This document shows positions 1 to 9,971 of a stretch of DNA of 64,000 nucleotides, in pieces (positions within the stretch are counted from its first letter, which is position 1; each line of letters starts with the position of its first letter). This DNA comes from Escherichia coli. Its GTDB lineage: Bacteria; Pseudomonadota; Gammaproteobacteria; Enterobacterales; Enterobacteriaceae. The stretch is taken from assembly GCF_003334355.1 (NCBI RefSeq), contig NZ_QOWP01000001.1, one strand, 5' to 3'. A program made the translations under genes and the position numbers. The notes under the pieces are model-generated. The model ran no database searches. It saw only the letters and a list, made by a program, of their open reading frames with translations, and was not told the DNA's origin.

Positions 1-191
1 AATCGGTGGAGCTGCATGACAAAGTCATCGGGCATTATCTGAACATAAAACACTATCAATAAGTTGGAGTCATTACCCAAAATGGGGAAGTATTACGGCG
101 ATTGCGAAAAGTCTGAAGCGATTGAATTAAGATAATATAGAAAATCGGATACAACAAAAATGGCAGGTTGATGAGGTGAAGATAAATTGAT

Positions 192-265
192 TGGAGCGGG
201 CGAAGGGAATCGAACCCTCGTATAGAGCTTGGGAAGCTCTCGTTCTACCATTGAACTACGCCCGC
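192..265 (-). tRNA. glyU: tRNA-Gly (anticodon CCC), 74 nt including encoded CCA
   Basis: Reverse complement reads GCGGGCGTAGTTCAATGGTAGAACGAGAGCTTCCCAAGCTCTATACGAGGGTTCGATTCCCTTCGCCCGCTCCA; cloverleaf arms pair, anticodon loop CTTCCCAAG, T-loop GGTTCGATTCC. The 74-aa ORF at 93..317 overlaps it and is spurious. Confidence 0.9.
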
Positions 266-343
266 TTCGAGATGCGTAAGGCATTATAAACCTTACGCTC
301 TCCTTAGCAAGTGCCACGCTGCTGACTGCTGATTAATTCGCCA

Positions 344-1099
344 TCAGCATTTTGGCTTGCTGCCCTGAGGCGGCAAGTAACGTAGCGGATCAATTGCCGT
401 TGCACGGTAACGAATCTGGAAATGCAGGCGAACAGATGCCGCATCCGTGCTCCCCATAGTGGCGATTTTTTGCCCAGCCTTCACGCTTTGCCCATTATTT
501 ACCAGCATCGTGTCATTATGGGCGTAAGCCGTAATGTAATCTTCACTGTGTTTAATCATGATGAGATTACCGTAGCCACGCAGCTGGTTGCCCACATACA
601 CCACCTTTCCTGCACCCGCGGCGTAAATAGGTGTACCCCGTGGAGCTGAGATATCAATCCCTTTATTGCCGCCATCTGCTGTCGAATACGGCATGATAAC
701 TTTCCCTGTCGTTGGCCATAACCAACAACGTTGCCCTACTGGCGGCCAGGATGATTTCGGTACCGCTGATGACGGTGTAACCGATGCGGTTTTGGTCGTT
801 GATTTGGCGGTTGATTTACGTGTAATACTGCTACTTTTCGCCCCACCCAGTTTTAGTTTCTGACCAACTTCAATGGTGTAAGGGGGGGAAATGCCGTTCA
901 GTCGCGCCAGTTCTTTTACGCTGGTTCCCGTGGTGCGCGAAATACGATATAGCGTATCCCCCCGTTTCACGGTGTAAACGGAGCCGGAATACGTTCCTGT
1001 ATCGGATGATTTGCTACCCGAACAGCCCGCCAAAAGCAGTCCAACCGATAACAACATCACGATACCCAGAGATTTTTTATTCAGGCGTCCCGCACTCAA
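344..1099 (-). CDS. ygeR: Lipoprotein with LysM domain and M23 (LytM-type) peptidase domain
   Basis: ORF 344..1123; signal peptide ending in lipobox LLAGC, LysM motif (YTVKRGDTLYRISRTTG), C-terminal M23 peptidase region. Start placed at TTG 1099 (251 aa) as I recall for E. coli YgeR; the ORF-track start at 1123 is also non-ATG. Confidence 0.85.
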   Translation of the reverse strand: MSAGRLNKKSLGIVMLLSVGLLLAGCSGSKSSDTGTYSGSVYTVKRGDTLYRISRTTGTSVKELARLNGISPPYTIEVGQKLKLGGAKSSSITRKSTAKSTTKTASVTPSSAVPKSSWPPVGQRCWLWPTTGKVIMPYSTADGGNKGIDISAPRGTPIYAAGAGKVVYVGNQLRGYGNLIMIKHSEDYITAYAHNDTMLVNNGQSVKAGQKIATMGSTDAASVRLHFQIRYRATAIDPLRYLPPQGSKPKC

Positions 1100-1442
1100 A
1101 ATCTTTCCTCGCTTAAAAAACAAGACGCCTTATCATAGCAGCCAGCCTCTTGATACCCAATCTCTTGCTTCTGGAAAAACGTGGTAATAGAGAAAGAGGT
1201 TAATTTCATTTGGCAAAGGGAAGTATCATCAGCAAAATATTCGCTGTAGAGGTATCGAACTTCCTGACTTTTTACCCTATTTCCCATCCTGATGCGTAAT
1301 AATCCCAATTTATCACATTGATTTTATCGCCACTCATATTGATACGTATCACTGCCCCTATTCAGAGTCCTGTTTCGTATCATATCTGTGTTTTTTTAAC
1401 GTCATCACACTTCCTACCTCCCCTAACGCTTATCGTCGTTTC

Positions 1443-1458
1443 TGGCGTAAATCTTGCC
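1443..1458 (+). promoter_or_regulatory. Candidate sigma54 (RpoN) -24/-12 promoter upstream of xdhA
   Basis: TGGCGTAAATCTTGCC: TGGC and TTGC at the canonical 11-nt offset of the sigma54 consensus TGGCACG-N4-TTGCW, about 95 bp upstream of the xdhA ATG at 1553; the sigma54 activator ygeV is encoded adjacent. Confidence 0.5.
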
Positions 1459-1552
1459 TGCTTAGACTAAATCTTTGCCATAAGAACCAAATGTTCAAAT
1501 CGAGGGGATTTCTATGGAAGCGCGGGAAGCAACCGCTACGGGTGAATCATGC

Positions 1553-3811
1553 ATGCGCGTCGATGCCATTGCTAAGGTCACCGGGCGGGCACGATATACT
1601 GACGATTATGTTATGGCGGGCATGTGTTATGCGAAATATGTACGTAGCCCTATCGCACATGGTTATGCCGTAAGTATTAATGATGAACAAGCCAGAAGTT
1701 TGCCGGGCGTACTGGCGATTTTTACCTGGGAAGATGTGCCTGATATTCCATTCGCTACAGCTGGGCATGCCTGGACACTTGACGAAAACAAGCGCGATAC
1801 CGCCGATCGCGCACTGCTAACTCGCCATGTTCGTCATCATGGTGACACCGTTGCCATCGTCGTGGCCCGCGATGAACTCACGGCAGAAAAAGCGGCGCAA
1901 TTGGTCAGCATTGAGTGGCAAGAATTACCCGTTATCACCACGCCAGAAGCGGCGCTGGCAGAAGACGCTGCACCAATCCATAACGGTGGCAATTTACTGA
2001 AACAAAGCACGATGTCGACGGGTAATGTCCAACAAACAATCGATGCCGCCGACTACCAGGTACAGGGGCACTATCAGACCCCCGTTATTCAACATTGTCA
2101 CATGGAAAGCGTAACATCGCTGGCGTGGATGGAGGATGACTCGCGAATTACCATCGTTTCCAGCACCCAGATCCCGCACATTGTTCGCCGCGTGGTTGGT
2201 CAGGCGCTGGATATTCCCTGGTCATGCGTACGAGTCATCAAACCATTTGTCGGTGGCGGTTTTGGTAATAAACAGGATGTACTGGAAGAGCCAATGGCGG
2301 CATTCCTGACCAGCAAGCTTGGCGGCATTCCGGTGAAAGTTTCCCTTAGCCGTGAAGAGTGTTTCCTCGCAACCCGTACCCGCCACGCTTTTACCATTGA
2401 CGGGCAAATGGGCGTGAACCGCGACGGAACATTGAAAGGTTATAGTCTGGATGTTCTGTCTAACACCGGCGCTTATGCATCTCACGGGCACTCCATCGCT
2501 TCTGCGGGGGGGAATAAAGTCGCTTACCTTTATCCTCGTTGTGCCTACGCTTACAGTTCAAAGACCTGCTATACCAACCTCCCCTCGGCTGGTGCGATGC
2601 GTGGTTATGGCGCGCCACAAGTCGTATTTGCCGTTGAGTCTATGCTTGATGACGCCGCGACAGCGTTAGGTATTGATCCTGTTGAAATTCGTTTACGCAA
2701 CGCCGCCCGCGAAGGAGATGCTAATCCGCTCACGGGCAAACGTATTTACAGCGCAGGGTTGCCGGAGTGTCTTGAAAAAGGCCGGAAAATCTTTGAATGG
2801 GAAAAACGCCGTGCAGAATGCCAGAACCAGCAAGGCAATTTGCGCCGCGGCGTTGGCGTCGCCTGTTTTAGCTACACCTCTAACACCTGGCCTGTCGGCG
2901 TAGAAATAGCAGGCGCGCGCCTTCTGATGAATCAGGATGGAACCATCAACGTGCAAAGCGGCGCGACGGAAATCGGTCAGGGTGCCGACACCGTCTTCTC
3001 GCAAATGGTGGCAGAAACCGTGGGGGTTCCGGTCAGCGACGTTCGCGTTATTTCAACTCAAGATACCGACGTTACGCCGTTCGATCCCGGCGCATTTGCC
3101 TCACGCCAGAGCTATGTTGCCGCGCCTGCGCTGCGCAGTGCGGCACTATTATTAAAAGAGAAAATCATCGCTCACGCCGCAGTCATGCTACATCAGTCAG
3201 CGATGAATCTGACCCTGATAAAAGGCCATATCGTGCTGGTTGAACGACCGGAAGAGCCGTTAATGTCGTTAAAAGATTTGGCGATGGACGCTTTCTACCA
3301 CCCTGAACGCGGCGGGCAGCTCTCTGCTGAAAGCTCCATCAAAACCACCACTAACCCACCGGCGTTTGGCTGTACCTTTGTTGATCTGACGGTCGATATT
3401 GCGCTGTGCAAAGTCACCATCAACCGCATCCTCAACGTTCATGATTCAGGGCATATTCTTAATCCACTGCTGGCAGAAGGTCAGGTACACGGCGGAATGG
3501 GAATGGGCATTGGCTGGGCGCTATTTGAAGAGATGATCATCGATGCTAAAAGCGGCGTGGTCCGTAACCCCAATCTGCTGGATTACAAAATGCCGACCAT
3601 GCCGGATCTGCCACAACTGGAAAGCGCGTTCGTCGAAATCAATGAGCCGCAATCCGCATACGGACATAAGTCACTGGGTGAGCCACCAATAATTCCTGTT
3701 GCCGCTGCTATTCGTAACGCGGTGAAGATGGCTACCGGTGTTGCAATCAATACACTGCCGCTGACGCCAAAACGGTTATATGAAGAGTTCCATCTGGCAG
3801 GATTGATTTGA
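1553..3811 (+). CDS. xdhA: Xanthine dehydrogenase, molybdopterin-binding large subunit
   Basis: ORF 1514..3811; aldehyde oxidase/xanthine dehydrogenase Mo-binding family sequence throughout. Start at 1553 (MRVDAIAKV, 752 aa) by recall; the upstream ATG at 1514 has a better SD (GAGGGG-N6-ATG) and may be the true start. Confidence 0.93.
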   Translation: MRVDAIAKVTGRARYTDDYVMAGMCYAKYVRSPIAHGYAVSINDEQARSLPGVLAIFTWEDVPDIPFATAGHAWTLDENKRDTADRALLTRHVRHHGDTVAIVVARDELTAEKAAQLVSIEWQELPVITTPEAALAEDAAPIHNGGNLLKQSTMSTGNVQQTIDAADYQVQGHYQTPVIQHCHMESVTSLAWMEDDSRITIVSSTQIPHIVRRVVGQALDIPWSCVRVIKPFVGGGFGNKQDVLEEPMAAFLTSKLGGIPVKVSLSREECFLATRTRHAFTIDGQMGVNRDGTLKGYSLDVLSNTGAYASHGHSIASAGGNKVAYLYPRCAYAYSSKTCYTNLPSAGAMRGYGAPQVVFAVESMLDDAATALGIDPVEIRLRNAAREGDANPLTGKRIYSAGLPECLEKGRKIFEWEKRRAECQNQQGNLRRGVGVACFSYTSNTWPVGVEIAGARLLMNQDGTINVQSGATEIGQGADTVFSQMVAETVGVPVSDVRVISTQDTDVTPFDPGAFASRQSYVAAPALRSAALLLKEKIIAHAAVMLHQSAMNLTLIKGHIVLVERPEEPLMSLKDLAMDAFYHPERGGQLSAESSIKTTTNPPAFGCTFVDLTVDIALCKVTINRILNVHDSGHILNPLLAEGQVHGGMGMGIGWALFEEMIIDAKSGVVRNPNLLDYKMPTMPDLPQLESAFVEINEPQSAYGHKSLGEPPIIPVAAAIRNAVKMATGVAINTLPLTPKRLYEEFHLAGLI

Positions 3812-3821
3812 GGATAACATC

Positions 3822-4700
3822 ATGTTTGATTTTGCTTCTTACCATCGCGCAGCAACCCTTGCCGATGCCATCAACCTGCTGGCTGACAACCCGCAGGCCA
3901 AACTGCTCGCCGGTGGCACTGACGTACTGATTCAGCTCCACCATCACAATGACCGTTATCGCCATATTGTTGATATTCATAATCTGGCGGAGCTGCGGGG
4001 AATTACGCTGGCGGAAGATGGCTCGCTACGTATCGGCTCTGCAACGACATTTACCCAGCTAATAGAAGATCCTATAACTCAACGTCATCTCCCGGCGTTA
4101 TGTGCTGCGGCCACGTCCATTGCTGGACCGCAGATCCGTAACGTCGCTACCTACGGTGGAAATATTTGCAACGGTGCCACCAGCGCAGATTCTGCCACGC
4201 CAACGCTAATTTATGACGCGAAACTGGAGATCCACTCCCCGCGCGGTGTTCGTTTCGTCCCGATTAATGGCTTTCACACCGGGCCGGGCAAAGTGTCTCT
4301 TGAGCATGACGAAATCCTCGTCGCCTTTCATTTTCCGCCACAGCCGAAAGAACACGCGGGCAGCGCGCATTTTAAATATGCCATGCGCGACGCAATGGAT
4401 ATTTCAACGATTGGCTGCGCCGCACATTGCCGACTGGATAACGGCAATTTCAGCGAATTACGCCTGGCATTTGGTGTTGCCGCGCCAACGCCGATTCGCT
4501 GCCAACATGCCGAACAGACTGCACAAAATGCGCCATTAAACCTGCAAACGCTGGAAGCTATCAGCGAATCTGTCCTGCAAGATGTCGCCCCGCGTTCTTC
4601 ATGGCGGGCCAGTAAAGAGTTTCGTCTGCATCTCATCCAGACGATGACCAAAAAAGTGATTAGCGAAGCCGTCGCCGCGGCGGGGGGAAAATTGCAATGA
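3822..4700 (+). CDS. xdhB: Xanthine dehydrogenase, FAD-binding subunit
   Basis: 292-aa ORF; CO dehydrogenase flavoprotein-like FAD-binding domain (LLAGGTDV motif); follows xdhA by 10 bp. Confidence 0.93.
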
Positions 4701-5176
4701 ATCACAGCGAAACAATTACCATCGAATGCACCATTAACGGGATGCCTTTTCAGCTTCACGCCGCACCAGGCACGCCGCTCTCGGAATTACTCCGCGAACA
4801 AGGACTGCTAAGTGTCAAACAAGGGTGCTGCGTGGGTGAATGTGGTGCCTGTACGGTGTTGGTCGACGGCACAGCAATAGACAGTTGCTTATACCTTGCC
4901 GCCTGGGCTGAAGGAAAAGAGATCCGCACGCTGGAAGGTGAAGCGAAAGGCGGAAAACTTTCTCATGTTCAGCAGGCTTATGCGAAATCCGGCGCAGTGC
5001 AGTGCGGGTTTTGTACGCCTGGCCTGATTATGGCTACCACGGCAATGCTGGCGAAACCACGCGAGAAGCCATTAACCATTACGGAAATTCGTCGCGGACT
5101 GGCGGGAAATCTTTGTCGCTGCACGGGGTATCAGATGATTGTAAATACAGTTCTGGATTGCGAGAAAACGAAGTAA
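4697..5176 (+). CDS. xdhC: Xanthine dehydrogenase, [2Fe-2S] iron-sulfur subunit
   Basis: 159-aa ORF; two 2Fe-2S cysteine clusters ([11 protein letters not shown] and CGFCTPG...CRCTGY); start overlaps the xdhB stop (ATGA). Confidence 0.93.
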
Positions 5177-5184
5177 AAGGATAT

Positions 5185-5204
5185 CCGGCCTGAATTCAGG
5201 CCGG
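5185..5204. terminator. Perfect 20-bp palindrome between convergent xdhC and ygeV, possible bidirectional terminator
   Basis: ccggcctgaattcaggccgg is a perfect inverted repeat immediately after the xdhC stop and before the ygeV stop; flanking T-runs are weak. Confidence 0.45.
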
Positions 5205-5215
5205 ATTCACTGAGG

Positions 5216-6994
5216 TTATGTGTTTAACAACTCATATTTCTTAATCTTGCGATAGAGCGTAGCAATGCCGATGCCCAGTTCATCAGCAACTTGCTTCTTG
5301 CTGTTATGACGTGAAAGCACCTCGCGGATCATTTGCTTTTCCATCTCCTCCAGCGCCGTGCCGCCCGCATCATCGAGTGACAGGTGCGCCTCACTGACCT
5401 CTGTTACATCACTTTGCTCCGTTGTGCCATTATTCAGCAGATTTGGCGGCAATAGCGTGCTGTCGATAACTTCACCTGAAGGAACCACGTTAACCAGATA
5501 TTCCATCAAATTGCTTAACTCGCGCAGGTTTCCGGGCCAACGATGCTTACGCAATATTTCGACGACATCGGGAGCAATGCCAGGATAAACCGATCCCAGA
5601 CGACGGGTATGCAGATGTAAAAAGTAATGCACCAATAGTTCAATATCTTCCTGACGTTCACGCAGCGGTGGCAGAGTTATCGGGATAACATTAAGTCGGT
5701 AGAAGAGATCTTCGCGGAATTTACCTTCGGCAATGAACTGGGCCAAATTCTGATTAGTTGCAGAAATGATGCGAATGTCGACTTGTATTGGGCTACTGGC
5801 ACCAATCGGCAGAATTTCACGCGCCTCAATAGCGCGCAGTAATTTAGCCTGCAACATTAATGGCATATCACCTATTTCATCGAGAAACAGCGTGCCCGTA
5901 TTCGCCGCCTGAATCAACCCTGTTTTACCGTTGGCAGAAGCGCCAGTAAATGCGCCTTTAACATAACCGAACAGTTCGCTTTCCAGAAGCTGCTCCGGAA
6001 TCGCGGCACAGTTGATAGCAATAAAGGGTTTATTCCGTCTTCCGCTCAACTTATGGATTGCTCGGGCGACGACTTCTTTACCCGTGCCGCTTTCACCAAC
6101 CACCATAACGCTGGATGGGCTGGGTGCAATACGGCTAATGAGTCGTTTTAATTGCCGCATAACACGGCACTCGCCAACCAATTGTTCAATATGTGGTTCA
6201 TCAGGTGCATTTGCTACAGAAAAACTGGTATGCGATTGGTGAAATGCCATTAAAAATAATTGTCGGCCCTGAATGTTATGCAATTGACCAATGATTAATT
6301 CACTTTTATCGTCCCACGAAACAATATGCTGCATATGTCCATGAGTAAAATTACTCTCAAATGTTAATGGTCTGAAACGGATAGGTTTCCCAATAATATT
6401 ATTTTGTACAACACCAAGTGTTTTTAAGGCAGTCTGATTAACAAACTGAACCCGACTTTCATCATCAACAACTAATACGCCCTGATCCATATTATCGATC
6501 ATGGTCGCGAATATTTTACTGATGTTATCTCCTGGCCCCTGATCCTCCAGAAGTTTCGAAACAAAAATGGTGGATATATGGCGAACATAATCAGAAAATT
6601 CGCGTAAATTATCACTGATATGCTCTTGTTGCTCGTGGGTAACGGCAATCAAACTTATCACCCCAACACAACGATCCTGTAAAATGACAGGCGTACCCAG
6701 AAATGCTTTTTCGCGGCAATTTTCTTTACTATCGCAACCTTCGCAAAGGGGATCGAAGCGAGACTGTGTCACAACTTTTTCAGTTTTCGTTTCCAGGACG
6801 TGGCGGAGCAGGCGTGAGTTGCCGCTCAACTGGCGACCAAGAAACTTCCCATACGCGCCCGTTCCGGCAACGCGACACAAGTTTTCATCAACGATCTCAA
6901 CCTCAAGCTGCAAAACGCTGGCAAGCATTCTGGCAAAACGCTGAATTGTCGGTTGAATTTGCATCAATACTGACTGCGTAGTAGCAAGCTCCAT
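5216..6994 (-). CDS. ygeV: Sigma54-dependent transcriptional activator (enhancer-binding protein) with N-terminal sensory region
   Basis: 592-aa ORF; AAA+ Walker A GESGTGKE, sigma54-contact GAFTGA motif (GYVKGAFTGA), C-terminal Fis-type HTH (ELGIGIATLYRKIKKY). Confidence 0.93.
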   Translation of the reverse strand: MELATTQSVLMQIQPTIQRFARMLASVLQLEVEIVDENLCRVAGTGAYGKFLGRQLSGNSRLLRHVLETKTEKVVTQSRFDPLCEGCDSKENCREKAFLGTPVILQDRCVGVISLIAVTHEQQEHISDNLREFSDYVRHISTIFVSKLLEDQGPGDNISKIFATMIDNMDQGVLVVDDESRVQFVNQTALKTLGVVQNNIIGKPIRFRPLTFESNFTHGHMQHIVSWDDKSELIIGQLHNIQGRQLFLMAFHQSHTSFSVANAPDEPHIEQLVGECRVMRQLKRLISRIAPSPSSVMVVGESGTGKEVVARAIHKLSGRRNKPFIAINCAAIPEQLLESELFGYVKGAFTGASANGKTGLIQAANTGTLFLDEIGDMPLMLQAKLLRAIEAREILPIGASSPIQVDIRIISATNQNLAQFIAEGKFREDLFYRLNVIPITLPPLRERQEDIELLVHYFLHLHTRRLGSVYPGIAPDVVEILRKHRWPGNLRELSNLMEYLVNVVPSGEVIDSTLLPPNLLNNGTTEQSDVTEVSEAHLSLDDAGGTALEEMEKQMIREVLSRHNSKKQVADELGIGIATLYRKIKKYELLNT

Positions 6995-7363
6995 AGCTTT
7001 ACCTTCCAGACTTACTTAAAAGTCGATCATTGAAGACGTTGATGGTTCACAGATCATGATGATATTAACTCAGGCGAAATTGGCTTTGATAAAAACATAA
7101 GATTTTTATCATTTTCTAATGAAATTATGGAAGAGATATCACATTTCTATATCAATATGAGAATTACGGCGGTGAGTTTATCAAACTGAAGAGAGATAGC
7201 CTGCCCCTTTATCTTATTTCTGATACTTAGCAGCAAATAAATAACGCGATAAAAAAAGCCAAACGTTTTCGTATTTTACAAACAACCAGAAGCTGGCATC
7301 AATTTGTGATCAACCCCACACATTATCCGTCAAATTAGTCGTTTGCAGCCGCGCGGATAATTC

Positions 7364-7378
7364 TGGCACACTTATTGT
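7364..7378 (+). promoter_or_regulatory. Candidate sigma54 promoter upstream of ygeW (imperfect -12 element)
   Basis: TGGCACACTTATTGT: perfect -24 TGGCAC, with TTGT rather than TTGC at the -12 position at the correct spacing; about 90 bp upstream of ygeW, divergent from ygeV. Confidence 0.35.
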
Positions 7379-7469
7379 TAGTCCCAGGTATAGCTGTGAA
7401 AACACCAATCACTTTGGCAAGTCACAGTGAAATAAACCACTTTGCCTGTCATTCCACTACCGGGACTTT

Positions 7470-8660
7470 ATGATGAAAACTGTTAATGAGCTGATTAAGG
7501 ATATCAATTCGCTGACCTCTCACCTTCACGAGAAAGATTTTTTGTTAACGTGGGAACAGACGCCAGATGAACTGAAACAAGTACTGGACGTTGCCGCAGC
7601 ATTAAAAGCACTGCGTGCTGAAAACATCTCAACCAAAGTCTTTAATAGTGGATTAGGTATTTCCGTATTCCGCGACAACTCCACCCGTACCCGCTTCTCT
7701 TATGCTTCCGCGCTTAACCTGCTCGGCCTTGCACAACAAGATCTCGACGAAGGCAAATCACAAATCGCTCACGGCGAAACCGTGCGTGAAACCGCCAATA
7801 TGATCTCCTTCTGCGCCGACGCTATTGGTATTCGCGACGATATGTATCTGGGCGCAGGCAACGCCTATATGCGTGAAGTTGGCGCTGCACTTGATGACGG
7901 TTACAAGCAGGGTGTACTGCCACAGCGTCCGGCTTTAGTGAACCTGCAATGCGATATTGACCACCCGACTCAGTCAATGGCTGACCTCGCGTGGTTACGT
8001 GAACACTTTGGTTCACTGGAAAACCTGAAAGGTAAAAAAATCGCCATGACCTGGGCCTACTCTCCAAGCTATGGCAAACCGCTCTCTGTACCACAAGGCA
8101 TCATCGGTCTGATGACTCGCTTCGGTATGGATGTCACCCTGGCCCATCCGGAAGGCTACGACCTGATCCCGGATGTGGTTGAAGTGGCGAAAAACAATGC
8201 TAAAGCCTCCGGTGGTAGCTTCCGTCAGGTCACCAGCATGGAAGAAGCCTTCAAAGACGCAGACATCGTTTATCCGAAGTCATGGGCACCTTACAAAGTG
8301 ATGGAAGAGCGTACTGAATTGCTGCGTGCGAACGATCACGAAGGCTTAAAAGCACTGGAAAAACAGTGTCTGGCACAGAACGCGCAACACAAAGACTGGC
8401 ATTGTACTGAAGAGATGATGGAACTGACCCGTGATGGCGAAGCCCTGTACATGCACTGCCTGCCAGCTGATATCAGCGGCGTATCCTGTAAAGAAGGTGA
8501 AGTGACTGAAGGCGTATTCGAAAAATACCGTATCGCTACCTACAAAGAAGCCAGCTGGAAGCCTTATATCATCGCCGCGATGATCCTGTCCCGTAAATAC
8601 GCCAAACCAGGTGCACTGCTCGAGCAACTGCTGAAAGAAGCGCAAGAACGCGTGAAATAA
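7470..8660 (+). CDS. ygeW: YgeW-type carbamoyltransferase (ATCase/OTCase superfamily), substrate uncertain
   Basis: 396-aa ORF; carbamoyl-phosphate-binding STRTR motif and HCLP motif of the transcarbamylase family. Confidence 0.9.
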   Translation: MMKTVNELIKDINSLTSHLHEKDFLLTWEQTPDELKQVLDVAAALKALRAENISTKVFNSGLGISVFRDNSTRTRFSYASALNLLGLAQQDLDEGKSQIAHGETVRETANMISFCADAIGIRDDMYLGAGNAYMREVGAALDDGYKQGVLPQRPALVNLQCDIDHPTQSMADLAWLREHFGSLENLKGKKIAMTWAYSPSYGKPLSVPQGIIGLMTRFGMDVTLAHPEGYDLIPDVVEVAKNNAKASGGSFRQVTSMEEAFKDADIVYPKSWAPYKVMEERTELLRANDHEGLKALEKQCLAQNAQHKDWHCTEEMMELTRDGEALYMHCLPADISGVSCKEGEVTEGVFEKYRIATYKEASWKPYIIAAMILSRKYAKPGALLEQLLKEAQERVK

Positions 8661-8717
8661 CCCCTCGGGCCGATCAGCTGGTCGGCCCTCTATTTCCAGA
8701 GGCCAAAAGGATAGGAT

Positions 8718-9914
8718 ATGTCCGTTTTCTCATTGAAGATTGATATCGCCGATAACAAATTTTTCAACGGCGAAACATCACCGCTCTTTTCGCAAAGCCA
8801 AGCCAAACTGGCGCGCCAGTTCCACCAGAAAATAGCTGGTTATCGCCCAACACCGCTTTGTGCGCTGGACGATCTCGCAAACCTTTTTGGTGTGAAGAAA
8901 ATTCTCGTCAAAGACGAATCAAAACGATTCGGTCTGAACGCCTTCAAAATGCTTGGCGGTGCGTACGCCATCGCTCAATTATTGTGTGAAAAATATCATC
9001 TTGATATCGAAACGCTGTCATTTGAGCACCTGAAAAATACCATCGGCGAAAAAATGACTTTCGCGACCACCACCGACGGCAACCACGGGCGCGGTGTGGC
9101 GTGGGCAGCACAGCAACTCGGACAGAATGCGGTGATTTACATGCCGAAAGGTTCTGCTCAGGAACGCGTTGACGCCATTCTGAACCTCGGTGCCGAGTGC
9201 ATCGTCACAGATATGAACTATGACGATACCGTTCGCCTGACCATGCAACACGCGCAGCAGCACGGCTGGGAAGTGGTACAGGACACGGCATGGGAAGGTT
9301 ACACCAAAATCCCAACCTGGATCATGCAAGGCTACGCAACCCTGGCAGATGAAGCCGTCGAGCAAATGCGTGAAATGGGCGTAACCCCGACGCACGTTCT
9401 GCTGCAAGCCGGTGTCGGAGCAATGGCCGGTGGTGTGCTGGGTTATCTGGTCGACGTCTACAGCCCGCAAAATCTGCACAGCATTATTGTTGAACCTGAC
9501 AAAGCTGACTGTATTTATCGCTCCGGCGTCAAAGGCGACATCGTCAACGTTGGCGGTGATATGGCCACCATCATGGCGGGCCTGGCCTGTGGCGAACCTA
9601 ACCCGCTGGGCTGGGAAATCCTACGTAACTGCGCCACCCAATTCATCTCCTGCCAGGACAGCGTTGCCGCATTAGGTATGCGCGTGCTGGGTAATCCGTA
9701 CGGCAACGACCCGCGCATCATCTCCGGTGAATCCGGCGCTGTCGGTTTGGGCGTTCTCGCAGCGGTTCATTATCACCCGCAACGTCAAAGCCTGATGGAA
9801 AAACTGGCGCTGAACAAAGATGCCGTAGTGCTGGTTATCAGTACTGAAGGCGACACCGACGTGAAGCACTACCGCGAAGTTGTCTGGGAAGGCAAACACG
9901 CTGTAGCACCTTAA
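8718..9914 (+). CDS. ygeX: Diaminopropionate ammonia-lyase (PLP-dependent)
   Basis: 398-aa ORF; PLP fold-type II sequence; recognised as E. coli YgeX/DpaL. Confidence 0.9.
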   Translation: MSVFSLKIDIADNKFFNGETSPLFSQSQAKLARQFHQKIAGYRPTPLCALDDLANLFGVKKILVKDESKRFGLNAFKMLGGAYAIAQLLCEKYHLDIETLSFEHLKNTIGEKMTFATTTDGNHGRGVAWAAQQLGQNAVIYMPKGSAQERVDAILNLGAECIVTDMNYDDTVRLTMQHAQQHGWEVVQDTAWEGYTKIPTWIMQGYATLADEAVEQMREMGVTPTHVLLQAGVGAMAGGVLGYLVDVYSPQNLHSIIVEPDKADCIYRSGVKGDIVNVGGDMATIMAGLACGEPNPLGWEILRNCATQFISCQDSVAALGMRVLGNPYGNDPRIISGESGAVGLGVLAAVHYHPQRQSLMEKLALNKDAVVLVISTEGDTDVKHYREVVWEGKHAVAP

Positions 9915-9971
9915 TCACCCTATTGGAACTACTCCCTGCAAAACGGGGAGTAAAAAATCTGGAGAAAAATA

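Noticed and set aside
93-317. 74-aa minus-strand ORF
   Set aside because: It fully overlaps the tRNA-Gly gene (192..265) on the same strand; a reading frame through a structured tRNA is an artefact.
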